This document shows positions 9,646 to 18,960 of a stretch of DNA of 64,000 nucleotides, piece by piece. The notes beneath the pieces are model-generated. The model saw only the letters and a program-made list of their open reading frames with translations. It was not told where the DNA came from and searched no databases. The stretch comes from Acidobacteriota bacterium (GTDB lineage: Bacteria > Acidobacteriota > Thermoanaerobaculia > UBA5066 > Gp7-AA6): positions 8,668 to 72,667 of the forward strand of contig JAIVJS010000071.1 in assembly GCA_020199905.1 (NCBI GenBank), in the 5' to 3' direction. Numbering within the stretch: position 1 is the stretch's first letter; every line of letters begins with the position of its first letter. The position numbers and the translations under genes were made by a program.

Positions 9646-11421
9646 TCAGTGCGCGGAGGCGCGGACGGGCCCGGAGGGCGGCTCGCTCTGCGGCCAGTGG
9701 TCGTCGGCGCGCTCGGGCGCGGAGTACTCGTACGGCCCGCGATAGACGGTCGGGATCTCGGTGAAGTTCTCGTGCGGCGGAGGCGATGGCGTCTGCCACT
9801 CGAGCGTATTCGCCCGCCAGGGGTTGGGTCCCGCCACCTTGCCGCGGCGCATCGAAAGAAAGAAGTTCACGACGAGGATGACCTGGGCGGCGCCGAGCAC
9901 GAAGAGCGACAGGGTCATGAACTGATTCATCGGCTGCAGGTCTTTCAGATGCTCGTATTCGGTGTACGTGTAGATCCGGCGCTGCATGCCCCGCATCCCG
10001 AGGAAGTGCATCGGGAAGAAGACGAGGTTGAAGGTGATGAAGGTCAGCGCCCAGTGCACCTTTCCCCAGGTGTCATTCATCATCCGGCCGAACATCTTCG
10101 GGTACCAGAAATAGAGGCCGGCAAACGCGCCGAACAGCGAGCCGCCGAAGAGCACGTAGTGGATGTGCCCGACGATGAAGTAGGTGTCGTGAATGAAGAT
10201 GTCGACCGGCGTCGAGGCCATGAAGATCCCCGAGAGCCCGCCGATGACGAACATCGAGACGAACGACAGCGCCATCAGCATGGGGGTCGTGAACCGGATG
10301 CTGCCGCCCCAGAGCGTGCCGAGCCAGTTGAACGTCTTGATCGCCGACGGCACCGCGATGACCATCGTCGAGATCATGAACGTCGTGCCGAGGAGGGGGT
10401 TCATGCCGCTCTGGAACATGTGGTGCCCCCAGACGATGAACCCGAGCCCGGCGATCCCGATCATCGAGTACGCCATCGCCCGGTAGCCGAAGACGGGCTT
10501 GCGGGAGAAGACGGGCAGGACCTCCGAGGTGATGCCCATCGCGGGCAGGATCATGATGTAGACCTCGGGGTGGCCGAAGAACCAGAACAGGTGCTGCCAC
10601 AGGAGCGCCTGGCCTCCCCCGGCGTTCTTCAGCGGCTGGCCGGAAACGACGAGGCCGGCGGGGAGGAAGAAGGTGGTCCCGAGGACCCGGTCGAAGAGCA
10701 GCATGATCATCGCGCCCGAGAGGACCGGGAGGGCGAGGAGCAGCAGGATCGCCGTGATGAAGAGGGCCCACGTCGTGAGCGGCATGCGGAAGAAGGTCAT
10801 CCCCGGCGCCCGCATGTTGATGATCGTGGTGATGAAGTTGACCGAGGTCAGCAGTGACGAGAGGCCGAGGATCAGCAGCGCGATGAGCCAGAGCGTCTGC
10901 CCTTTCGGCTGGATCGCCGAGAGCGGGGCGTAGGAGGTCCAGCCGCCCGCCGCCGCGCCTCCCGTCACGAAGAACGACCAGATGATCACGACCGCGCCCG
11001 GCACCGCGGTCCAGAACGACGCCATGTTCAGGACCGGGAAGGCCATGTCGCGCGCGCCGATCTGGATCGGCACGACGAAGTTGCCGAACGCGCCGATCAA
11101 GATCGGCATGATCGCGAAGAAGATCATGATGGTCGCGTGCATCGTGAAGAGCGAGTTGTAGAACTCGGGAAGCATGTGCCCGCCGGGCATTCCCTCCGGC
11201 GCGAGCTTGCCCATGAAGGGGATGGCCTTCGTCGGCCAGGCGAGCTGCCAGCGCACGAGAATCGCGAGCAGGCCGCCCACGATCAGCATGAAGAGCGCGT
11301 AGAACATGTACTGCTTCCCGATCACCTTGTGGTCGAGCGAGAAGATGTACTTCCTCCAGAACGAGGTCGGGGCCGCGTGGACCCCGGGAGCGTGTTCGTG
11401 TGCGACGGCGACGGTGCTCAT
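9646..11421 (-). CDS. coxA: cytochrome c oxidase subunit I
   Basis: 591 aa. Canonical heme-copper oxidase subunit I motifs ('WFFGHPEVYIMILPAMG', 'HHMF'). Confidence 0.95.
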   Translation of the reverse strand: MSTVAVAHEHAPGVHAAPTSFWRKYIFSLDHKVIGKQYMFYALFMLIVGGLLAILVRWQLAWPTKAIPFMGKLAPEGMPGGHMLPEFYNSLFTMHATIMIFFAIMPILIGAFGNFVVPIQIGARDMAFPVLNMASFWTAVPGAVVIIWSFFVTGGAAAGGWTSYAPLSAIQPKGQTLWLIALLILGLSSLLTSVNFITTIINMRAPGMTFFRMPLTTWALFITAILLLLALPVLSGAMIMLLFDRVLGTTFFLPAGLVVSGQPLKNAGGGQALLWQHLFWFFGHPEVYIMILPAMGITSEVLPVFSRKPVFGYRAMAYSMIGIAGLGFIVWGHHMFQSGMNPLLGTTFMISTMVIAVPSAIKTFNWLGTLWGGSIRFTTPMLMALSFVSMFVIGGLSGIFMASTPVDIFIHDTYFIVGHIHYVLFGGSLFGAFAGLYFWYPKMFGRMMNDTWGKVHWALTFITFNLVFFPMHFLGMRGMQRRIYTYTEYEHLKDLQPMNQFMTLSLFVLGAAQVILVVNFFLSMRRGKVAGPNPWRANTLEWQTPSPPPHENFTEIPTVYRGPYEYSAPERADDHWPQSEPPSGPVRASAH

Positions 11422-11425
11422 GTCC

Positions 11426-12181
11426 TCAGTTTCTCCCGGGTTTGAGTGGCGGCGTCGGTTTGGCGGGGACCCCCTTCATCCGGTAGTGGCCGAGACCGCA
11501 GAGCTCGGCGCACGCGATCTCCCAGTGGCCGGTTCGCATGCCGTCGAACCAGATCCGCGTGGACATCCCGGGGACCGCGTCCTGCTTGACGCGGAACTCC
11601 GGAAGGAAGAAGGAGTGAATGACGTCCTTCGAGCGCAGAGTGGCGACCACGGGCCGGCCGACGGGAAAGTGCAGCTGATTCAGCGACACGATGTCGTCGG
11701 GTGTCCCGAACTTCCCGTCGGCGCCGGGATACTGGATCGTCCAGGAGAACTGCTCCCCCGTGATCTCGATCGGCAGCGCGTTGGCCGGCATGTTCTGCTT
11801 GATGTCGGCCCAGGTGCGGCGCGAGAGCAGCGCGAGCACGACACAGATCAAGGCGGGGATGATCGTCCAGATGACTTCGATCCGGTTGTTCCCGTGCGTG
11901 TACGTCGCCTTTCGGCCCTCGCGATGCCGGTACCGGAAGAGAAAGTAGAGCAGCATCGCCTCGACGATCACGAAGACGATCCCCGTGATCCAGAGAATCA
12001 GGCGGAACATGCCGTCGATCCGGGCGCTGTAGCTCGAAACGCCTTCCGGGAGCTGGAGCCAGCGGGGCAGCTCCGCCGCGCGGACGGCCGCCGCCGCGAA
12101 GAGCGCCGCGATGGAGAAAAGCCCCGTCCGGAGAGGCCTCCGGGCGGCGCGGACCGGTCCGAGTGCGTGCGTCTGCATCAC
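11426..12181 (-). CDS. coxB: cytochrome c oxidase subunit II (CuA; no fused cytochrome c domain)
   Basis: CuA ligand motif 'H...CAELCGLGHYRM'. Two N-terminal TM. No CxxCH. Confidence 0.9.
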   Translation of the reverse strand: MMQTHALGPVRAARRPLRTGLFSIAALFAAAAVRAAELPRWLQLPEGVSSYSARIDGMFRLILWITGIVFVIVEAMLLYFLFRYRHREGRKATYTHGNNRIEVIWTIIPALICVVLALLSRRTWADIKQNMPANALPIEITGEQFSWTIQYPGADGKFGTPDDIVSLNQLHFPVGRPVVATLRSKDVIHSFFLPEFRVKQDAVPGMSTRIWFDGMRTGHWEIACAELCGLGHYRMKGVPAKPTPPLKPGRN

Positions 12182-12203
12182 GGCGTGCGGCGTGGCCGGG
12201 GCG

Positions 12204-13010
12204 CTAACCCTTGAACCCGAAGTCGACCGTCTTCGTTTCCGTTCCGCTGACCGTCACGCTCGAGGTCTGCGTGCCGTACTTCTCATGCCACGCCTCGACC
12301 GTGTAGGTCCCGGGCGGCAGATTCTTGATCTCGAAGGTGCCCTGGTCGCTCGTCGTCGCGAAGAAGGGATGGGTGAAGACGCCGGCGTAGGCGCCCATCC
12401 ACTTGTGGACGTCGCACTTGAAGCGGACCGGGACCTCGGGCTTGTCGAACTTCTTGATCGTCTCCATTTTCGGGAACGGCTGGCCGATGTTGAACTCGGC
12501 GTTCACCTTCGGCAGCGCGTGGATGTTGTGGAGAGTCCCGTCGCTGTTGATGATCTTCAGGTCCTGCCCGGCCTGCAGACCGAACACGTGCGGGTGGTAC
12601 TGGCAGCCGCGCTGGTCCAGAGTGACCGCGGTCGTCGGAGCGGGGAACTTGCCCTGCACGTCCTTGACGTAGACCAGCACCCAGTCGAGAGTGCCGTTCG
12701 CGTTGACGACGGCCTCCTCCGTGTAGACGGGGGCGCTGTGCGCCGACTTGCAGAAGGCGTCCGCGTCCATCTTGATCGTCTCTTTCGCGGGGCTGCCGCC
12801 CGTGAAGGTGACCTTTCCGGTGAGCGTGGCGCCGCCCGTGGCGGGCGCGGCCGCCGGAGCGGTCCCGCCGGCGGGGGCCGCCGCGGCCGATTTCGCGGCG
12901 GGAGTGGCGTCTTCGTCCGCCTCCGCGTCCTCGTCTTTGCCGCCGCAGGCGGTCAGAGAGAGAGCGAGCGCGGGGACGAGAAGAAAAAGAAGCAGGGATC
13001 GCTTGAGCAT
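12204..13010 (-). CDS. lipoprotein, beta-rich, candidate cupredoxin-like type-1 copper protein (first gene of the oxidase operon)
   Basis: Lipobox 'LSLTAC'. Carries 'CQYHPH' and a C-terminal 'KCDVHKWM' (C-x2-H-x2-M, like the amicyanin ligand loop). Confidence 0.55.
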   Translation of the reverse strand: MLKRSLLLFLLVPALALSLTACGGKDEDAEADEDATPAAKSAAAAPAGGTAPAAAPATGGATLTGKVTFTGGSPAKETIKMDADAFCKSAHSAPVYTEEAVVNANGTLDWVLVYVKDVQGKFPAPTTAVTLDQRGCQYHPHVFGLQAGQDLKIINSDGTLHNIHALPKVNAEFNIGQPFPKMETIKKFDKPEVPVRFKCDVHKWMGAYAGVFTHPFFATTSDQGTFEIKNLPPGTYTVEAWHEKYGTQTSSVTVSGTETKTVDFGFKG

Positions 13011-13179
13011 CGATTCTCTCCTTGACGCCTTGCGAGGCGTTGCGACGTCGAATCCCTGGGAAGTCCCCGCGCCGGCGGCCTTCGAAGGGGCAGTCCGGGC
13101 GCCGAGATCGAGTGGGTCATGAGGTCGCGCGGATCATATAGAACGATCCGGGCCCTTTCAAGAATTAGACTTCCGGCTC

Positions 13180-14274
13180 ATGCCGACGACGCTCGAGGCG
13201 GAGGGGCTCGCCCGCTCGTGGGGCGAGCGCCGGATCTTTTCGGGCATCTCGCTCCAGGCCGAACGGGGCGTGGTCGGGATCGCGGGCGAGAACGGAAGCG
13301 GGAAGACGACTCTGCTGAAGATTCTCGCCTCGCTGCTGCGGCCGGATTCCGGGTCTGTGCGGATCCGCAGAGGCGGGAAGGATCTCTCGGGAGACGCGCG
13401 GCGCCGGGCGATCGGCTGGGCCGGTCCGGACCTCGCCTTCTACGACGAGCTCACGGCGGCGGAAAACCTCGCGTTCTTTCGCGCCGCGGGGGGCTGCCCC
13501 GCGCCGGATCCGGAGATTCGCGACCGCCTCTCGCGCGTCGGGCTGACGCCGGCCTCGGGGCGCGCCGTCGGCGCCTTCTCCACGGGGATGAGGCAGCGCC
13601 TCTCCTCCTTTCTCTCCCGCGCCTGGGCCGTCTGCGCCAAGGACGCCGCCACGGAACTCCGGCGGCGAGTCGCGACGGCCTCCGTCCTCTTCTTCGCGGC
13701 CGCCTGCCTGACGCTCGTTTCCTTCGCGATCGGCCCCTTCGGGGTCCCGCCCGAAGCGCGGGAGACCGTTTTCTCCGCCCTCCTCTGGGTCGTCCTGTTC
13801 TTCTCGGCCGCCACGGGCCTGCCCCGCGCGTTCGTCCGCGAGGAAGAGAGCGGCACCGCGCTCGCCCTTCGCCGCGTCGCGCCCGCCGCCCCCGTCCTCG
13901 CTGGAAAGACGCTTTTCAACTTCCTGCTCTTCTGCGCGATCGCGCTCGTGACGGCCCCGGCCTTCGCGCTGCTGCTCGGCTGGCAGATCGCGTCTCCGGC
14001 CTCGCTCGCGGGGGTCCTCCTCCTGGCGGGGTTCGGGCTCTCCGTCGTATCGACGTTTCTTTCCGCTTTGGTCGCCCGCGCCTCGCACAAGAGCGTGCTG
14101 TTCGTGCTCGTCTCCTTCCCCATCGTCGCGCCGCTTCTTCTCTCGGCCATCGCGGCGACCGTGGCCGCCTCGCGGGGCGAAGCTCCGTGGACTGCCCTGC
14201 GCGTCCTCGTGGCTTACGACGGCGCCGCCGCCTGCGGGGCGTATCTGCTCGCCGGAGCCGCGTGGGATGAATGA
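13180..14274 (+). CDS. ccmB: CcmA'-CcmB fusion: heme-exporter ATPase truncated after the signature motif, fused in frame to CcmB permease
   Basis: Walker A 'GENGSGKTT', Q-loop and signature 'FSTGMRQRLS' are present. Walker B, D-loop and H-loop are absent. The sequence continues directly into a CcmB-like 6-TM domain ('ELRRRVATASVLFFAA...'). Confidence 0.7.
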   Translation: MPTTLEAEGLARSWGERRIFSGISLQAERGVVGIAGENGSGKTTLLKILASLLRPDSGSVRIRRGGKDLSGDARRRAIGWAGPDLAFYDELTAAENLAFFRAAGGCPAPDPEIRDRLSRVGLTPASGRAVGAFSTGMRQRLSSFLSRAWAVCAKDAATELRRRVATASVLFFAAACLTLVSFAIGPFGVPPEARETVFSALLWVVLFFSAATGLPRAFVREEESGTALALRRVAPAAPVLAGKTLFNFLLFCAIALVTAPAFALLLGWQIASPASLAGVLLLAGFGLSVVSTFLSALVARASHKSVLFVLVSFPIVAPLLLSAIAATVAASRGEAPWTALRVLVAYDGAAACGAYLLAGAAWDE

Positions 14275-14353
14275 CCCGGAGGAATGGTTGAGCGTCGGGC
14301 GTTGAGCGTTCCCTCGGACGCCTCCCGCCTGCCGACTCCGCTTTATGTAAGCT

Positions 14354-15235
14354 TTGCCTCATGCAAACCGCGGAAACCTGCCGGAGGGCTCTCTGAGCTC
14401 GAAAGCGGGACAGCTCGACGCCGCGGCCGGGGACACGATCCTGCGGGAGGGCGAGACCGGCCGCGAGATGTACATCGTCGAGCAGGGCCGCGTCGAGGTG
14501 GTTTCCGGCCCTCCGGGAAGCGAACGGCAGCTCGGAGTCCTCGAGGCCGGGGACTTCTTCGGCGAGATGGCGATCTTAGACGACCAGCCGCGCGGCGCCA
14601 CCGTCCGCGCGCTGACGGCCTGCCGGTTTCTCCGCATCGACGAGGCGACGTTCGACCGGATGCTGCGGGAGTATCCCGAGATCGCGGTCCGGATGCTGCG
14701 CAAGCTCTCCGCGCGGCTGCGCCAGGCGTCCGCGAACCCGGAGATCGTCAGGCCCCCGTCGGCAGAGCTTCCCGCGCCGGTCTCGAAGCCGGACTCCCCG
14801 GCGGCAAGCTCGCCGCCGGCTCCGCTCGCGGCCGCAACCACGTCTCCGGCTCCGGAAGCCCCGGCGGCGGCGAGCGCGCCACCAGGCGTCTCCGCTCCCG
14901 CGCCGTCCGACGTCGGGGGCGTTCTCGTCGCCGTCCAGAGCGGGATGCGGTTCGTGCTCCCCTCCACGGACGAGATCAAGGTCGGCCGTTTCGATGCGGT
15001 GACCGGGGTCCATCCCGACGTGGACCTGACTTCGGTCGACACGAACAAGCTGACGAGCCGCCGCCACGCGCGCCTCGTGCGGGACCGCGGAAAGTTTCTT
15101 CTGAACGAGGAGATCGGCACGCCCAACGGCACGTTCGTCAATGAAACGCGCCTCCAGACCGGCGTGCCTGTGGCGCTCTCCCCCGGGGATCGCGTGCGCT
15201 TCGGCGACGTCGAGATGATCTTCCAGGCCGGGTAA
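14354..15235 (+). CDS. cNMP-binding (partial domain) + FHA domain protein
   Basis: TTG start. N-terminal cNMP domain begins mid-domain ('GDTILREGETGREMYIVEQGRVEV...FGEMAIL'), with an in-frame stop 2 codons upstream. C-terminal FHA ('SRRHARL...GTPNGTFVN'). Confidence 0.7.
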   Translation: MPHANRGNLPEGSLSSKAGQLDAAAGDTILREGETGREMYIVEQGRVEVVSGPPGSERQLGVLEAGDFFGEMAILDDQPRGATVRALTACRFLRIDEATFDRMLREYPEIAVRMLRKLSARLRQASANPEIVRPPSAELPAPVSKPDSPAASSPPAPLAAATTSPAPEAPAAASAPPGVSAPAPSDVGGVLVAVQSGMRFVLPSTDEIKVGRFDAVTGVHPDVDLTSVDTNKLTSRRHARLVRDRGKFLLNEEIGTPNGTFVNETRLQTGVPVALSPGDRVRFGDVEMIFQAG

Positions 15236-15286
15236 AGGGAAACGGAGCACGTCCTGGAGATCCGCGAGAGTCAGCGCGAGGGTTTC

Positions 15287-15757
15287 GTGGTCTTGGAGCT
15301 CGCCGGCCGGCTCGAGACGAAGACCGCGCACGCCTTCGAGCAGAAAGTCATCGAGCACCTGAGCGCGGGCGCGAGGCAGTTCGTCATCGACTTCAAGGAG
15401 GTCGAGTTCGTCAGCAGCGCCGGTCTTCGCGTCCTGCTCATGCTCGCCAAGAAGATCGGGGTCCGAGAAGGCACGGGTGCGCTGGCCCTCTCCTCCGTCA
15501 ACGACGCCGTGAAGCAGGTCCTGGACGTGTCCGGCTTCGCTTCCTTCTTCACTCTCGCCGCTTCGCCGGAGGCGGCGATCCAGGAGGCGTCGCGCCGCGC
15601 CAGCTCTCCCAGGATCCTCGAGCAGGCGGCGCGGGTCCTCGGCGTCCGGAAGCCCCCGGCCGCCGGATCGGGCGGCAAGGCGCCCGACTCCGAGATTCTG
15701 AACCGTGCCGCGTCGATCCTGAGATCCGGTCCCGATCAGAAGCCGAAGAAGCGCTAG
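15287..15757 (+). CDS. STAS-domain anti-sigma-factor antagonist (SpoIIAA-like)
   Basis: '...VVLELAGRLE...FVSSAGLRVLLML'. The likely true N-terminus 'LEIRESQREGF' starts at an in-frame CTG around 15254; no ATG is available. Confidence 0.75.
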   Translation: MVLELAGRLETKTAHAFEQKVIEHLSAGARQFVIDFKEVEFVSSAGLRVLLMLAKKIGVREGTGALALSSVNDAVKQVLDVSGFASFFTLAASPEAAIQEASRRASSPRILEQAARVLGVRKPPAAGSGGKAPDSEILNRAASILRSGPDQKPKKR

Positions 15758-15773
15758 ACGTTTCGGCCGCGGC

Positions 15774-17495
15774 TCAGCGCGGGCGGGGGTTCTGCGGGGC
15801 GCCGACCGGCGCCGCCCCCGAGCGCCGCCGGGTAGAACCGATCGACACCGGCCCGAAGGCGAGCAGCGTCAGATCGTCGCTCTGCGGCTCCCCTTTCGAA
15901 AACTCCCGGACGGCGTCGAGAACGGCAGCGAGGACCTCCTCCGGAGATCCCGGAGCGGCCCGGACCGCCGCCCGGAGGCGCTCGTCACCGAACAGCTGCT
16001 CCCTACGCCCGACGGCCTCGGAAATTCCGTCGGTGTAGGCCAGCACCGTGTCGCCCTCCGTCAGATCGAAGCCGGCCGTCAAAAACTCCGCATCCTCCTG
16101 CGCGCCGAGCGGGGCGCTGTGCGGGGACGCGAGAACGACGAGCGCGCCATCCGCTCTCCGCAGGACCGGAGGCATGTGCCCCGCGCTCGCGACGGTCAGG
16201 CGCCGGCGCGCCGGGTCGAGAACGAGAAGGACCGCGGTGACGAACATCCCGTCGTCGGCCATGTCGCGGCAGATTGCGCGGTTGACGCGCGCGAGGATCT
16301 CTCCCGGGTCGGCCACACCGGCGGAGTGGTAGCGGACTTCTCCCCTCACCTTCACCATGTAGAGCGCCGCCGAGACTCCCTTCCCCGACACGTCGCCAAC
16401 CGCGATCCCGAGCCGGCCCCCGGGCAGATCCAGAAAATCGTAGTAATCGCCGCCCACCTCGAGCGCGGGCTGGTAGTGCGCCCGGAAGTCGAAGCCTTCG
16501 CGGCGCGGCGGGGTCCTGGGCAGAAACCCGAACTGGATCCGGCGCGCGAGCGCGAGGTCCTGGTCGAGGAGCTCGCGGTCTAGGATCTCCCTGTGAAGGC
16601 GGGCGTTCGCGATGGCGAGCGCGGTCTGCCCCGCGACGCCGACGAGCAGCGCCAGGTCCTCTTCGTCGAACGCGCCGCGCTCGTGCGTCGAGTCGAGGCC
16701 GACGATCCCGTAGACGCGGTCCCGGGCGATCAGCGGAACGCAGAGAACGGATCGGATCCCGGCGATACGGATGCTCTTCTGGATCGCGAAGCGGTCGTCG
16801 CTCGCGGCGTCGAGGCTCAGGACGCCCCGGCGCGTCGTCAGAGCCTCGGAGACGATCGTGCGGCTGATCGCGATTTCGGACCTTTCGCCCGATCTCGTGC
16901 GGACCGAGCGCGACTGGAGCTCCTCCTCCCCCTCCCGCACCATGACGAAGCCGCGCTCCGCCTGCGGGAAGACCTCGAACAGCTTCTCGAGAATCGCGCG
17001 GAACATCGCGTCCTCGTCGACGGTTTCCGAGATCGCCGTCGCGATGCTCGACAGGACCTGGAGCTTTCGCCGCGCGCGGCCGAGCGCCTTCGCGTCCTTC
17101 TCGGGGCCGACGGCCCAGGCCGCCTCGGGATCTTCGGCCGGGAGGCTTCGAATCACAGACTGCAAGCGGTCGCTCAGCGTGACGACGGACATCCGGCGCT
17201 CCGCCGGCTTGGCCGCCGTCCCCCGCCGGAATTCGAGGAAGACCTCTCCCAGGCGGACCTGATCGCCGTCGCGAAGCCGCGTGAGGCGGGCCGCGGAGCG
17301 TCCGTTCACGCCCGTGCCGTTCTGGCTGCCGAGATCGCGGATCCACCATTCCCGGTTCTGCCGGGTCATCGCGGCATGCCGCCGCGAGATGGTGGGATCC
17401 TCGATCGACAGGCCGGACTCGAGACCTCGCCCGATCTCGATGTCGGATGAGAACTCGTACCGGCGTCCGGTCTTTTTCGCTATGAAAGTGGGCAT
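15774..17495 (-). CDS. FHA-GAF-PP2C protein phosphatase (RsbU/SpoIIE-like)
   Basis: N-terminal FHA ('ISRRHAAM...GSQNGTGVNG'), central GAF, C-terminal PPM phosphatase ('GDVSGKGVSAALYM', 'DGISEA'). Confidence 0.85.
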   Translation of the reverse strand: MPTFIAKKTGRRYEFSSDIEIGRGLESGLSIEDPTISRRHAAMTRQNREWWIRDLGSQNGTGVNGRSAARLTRLRDGDQVRLGEVFLEFRRGTAAKPAERRMSVVTLSDRLQSVIRSLPAEDPEAAWAVGPEKDAKALGRARRKLQVLSSIATAISETVDEDAMFRAILEKLFEVFPQAERGFVMVREGEEELQSRSVRTRSGERSEIAISRTIVSEALTTRRGVLSLDAASDDRFAIQKSIRIAGIRSVLCVPLIARDRVYGIVGLDSTHERGAFDEEDLALLVGVAGQTALAIANARLHREILDRELLDQDLALARRIQFGFLPRTPPRREGFDFRAHYQPALEVGGDYYDFLDLPGGRLGIAVGDVSGKGVSAALYMVKVRGEVRYHSAGVADPGEILARVNRAICRDMADDGMFVTAVLLVLDPARRRLTVASAGHMPPVLRRADGALVVLASPHSAPLGAQEDAEFLTAGFDLTEGDTVLAYTDGISEAVGRREQLFGDERLRAAVRAAPGSPEEVLAAVLDAVREFSKGEPQSDDLTLLAFGPVSIGSTRRRSGAAPVGAPQNPRPR

Positions 17496-17693
17496 TCGGC
17501 GGTGCGCGGAGCTCCGATTCGACCGTCAGGGAGAGCCCTTCGATTATAGCCGGGGGTACTTCGGGAAGGCCTTTGAGCATTTTCAGACGCGCGGGGGGGC
17601 GCGCGCCCAAAAACGGCGCGCGTCTCTTCCGCGAGTACGCGGGGCGCCGCTCGGGGCCTCGAAGTGTAGGATTTCCCCCGAAAGAGAGAGCGC

Positions 17694-18806
17694 ATGCGAG
17701 AAGACCTCGGCCAGATCGACGTCTCGATGATCGCGGACCTCGCGAGAATCAAGAAAGAGGAGGAGCTCCTCGAGGAGCGACTCGTCAAGATGGAGGCCGG
17801 GAAACAGAAGGTCTCCGCAAAGGTCTACCGGCGCGTGCGGGAGGACTACGAGTCCCGCCAGGCGTCTTTCCGCAACGAATCGATCCCCCTCCAGGACCGC
17901 GCGAGGCGCGAGTACCAGAAGCTGCGCGAGATCCGCGGAAAAGTCGAAGCGTCGCTCGAAGAGGTCGCCCTCGAGAAGGAAGAGCTCGAGTTCCGGCGCG
18001 ACCTCGGCGAGTACGCCGACGGGCAGTTTCAGGAGCGCCTCCACGAGTGCGAACAGCGCCTGGCGGAGCAGCGGGGCGAGCTCGAGCGGATCGACTCGAT
18101 GGGAAAGGACTTTCTGGACGCCTTCCACTCGGAAAAGGATCTGGAGACTCCTTCCTCCGAACCCGCGGCGGCTCCGGAGGCCACCGCATCCAAACCCGCG
18201 GCGCCGGCCCCGCCCGCGGGAGACGCCACGGCGATCCGCCCGTCTCCCTCCCTCACCCTTCCCTCGCAGCCGCTCGCCACCCCGTCGGAGGCGCTGCGCC
18301 CCGCCGGCGCGGCCCCCGGCGCCGAGCCGTCCGTCAGTGAGACCGTCATCGGGAGCGGCACGGCGAAAGGGGCGCCCCCTGCTTCTCCCGATGCCACCCG
18401 CATCGACGCGAGGGTGCGGGACTCGGTGGCCGCGACCCGGCCGCAGACCGTTCCGACGATGCGGACGGGGCCGCCGCCTCCGCCCGCCGGCCCTCCTCCC
18501 GCCGCGACGACGGCCCTCCCTCGCCCGAGGCTTCTCATCCCGGGCGAAGGCGGCACGAGTCGGGAGCATGTCCTCGCCCCCGGGACCACGTCGATCGGAC
18601 GGTCCCCCAAGAGCGACCTCTGCCTGCCGCAGGGCGAGGTCTCGCGGCACCACGCGGACATCAGCTTCGGCCCCGATGGCTACAAGGTGCTCGACATGGG
18701 GTCGCCCAACGGAATCTTCGTCAACGGGAAGCGGGTCAAAGAGCAGCTCCTCGCCGAAGGCGACGTCATCCTCATCGGGATGCAGAAGTTGACCTATCGG
18801 GCGTGA
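17694..18806 (+). CDS. coiled-coil / Pro-rich / C-terminal FHA domain protein
   Basis: N-terminal coiled coil, Pro/Ala-rich linker, FHA ('VSRHHADI...GSPNGIFVNG'). Confidence 0.75.
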   Translation: MREDLGQIDVSMIADLARIKKEEELLEERLVKMEAGKQKVSAKVYRRVREDYESRQASFRNESIPLQDRARREYQKLREIRGKVEASLEEVALEKEELEFRRDLGEYADGQFQERLHECEQRLAEQRGELERIDSMGKDFLDAFHSEKDLETPSSEPAAAPEATASKPAAPAPPAGDATAIRPSPSLTLPSQPLATPSEALRPAGAAPGAEPSVSETVIGSGTAKGAPPASPDATRIDARVRDSVAATRPQTVPTMRTGPPPPPAGPPPAATTALPRPRLLIPGEGGTSREHVLAPGTTSIGRSPKSDLCLPQGEVSRHHADISFGPDGYKVLDMGSPNGIFVNGKRVKEQLLAEGDVILIGMQKLTYRA

Positions 18807-18849
18807 GGGAATTTGAGAATCCGGTCTTGAGCGTCGAGCATCAGACCGG

Positions 18850-18960
18850 GAACGCTCAACCCTTCGATTCCCGATCTCGTTGACCGCGGAGTACCGCGGC
18901 CGTCTCCCTCCCGTCGGTCGCTCGGCTCCCGATTCCCGGCTCCGGTCCCGCTTACAGCCC
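18850..18960 (+). repeat. dispersed ~80-bp intergenic repeat, copy B
   Basis: 'gattcccgatctcgttgaccgcggagtaccgcggccgtctccctcccgtcggtcgctcggctccc'. Confidence 0.8.

Noticed and set aside
14354-14400. Possible further pseudogene: cNMP-binding domain lacking its first ~30 residues
   Set aside because: The ORF still carries the ligand-binding core and a complete FHA domain. The truncation could also be a start-codon ambiguity, so it is noted only in the feature evidence.
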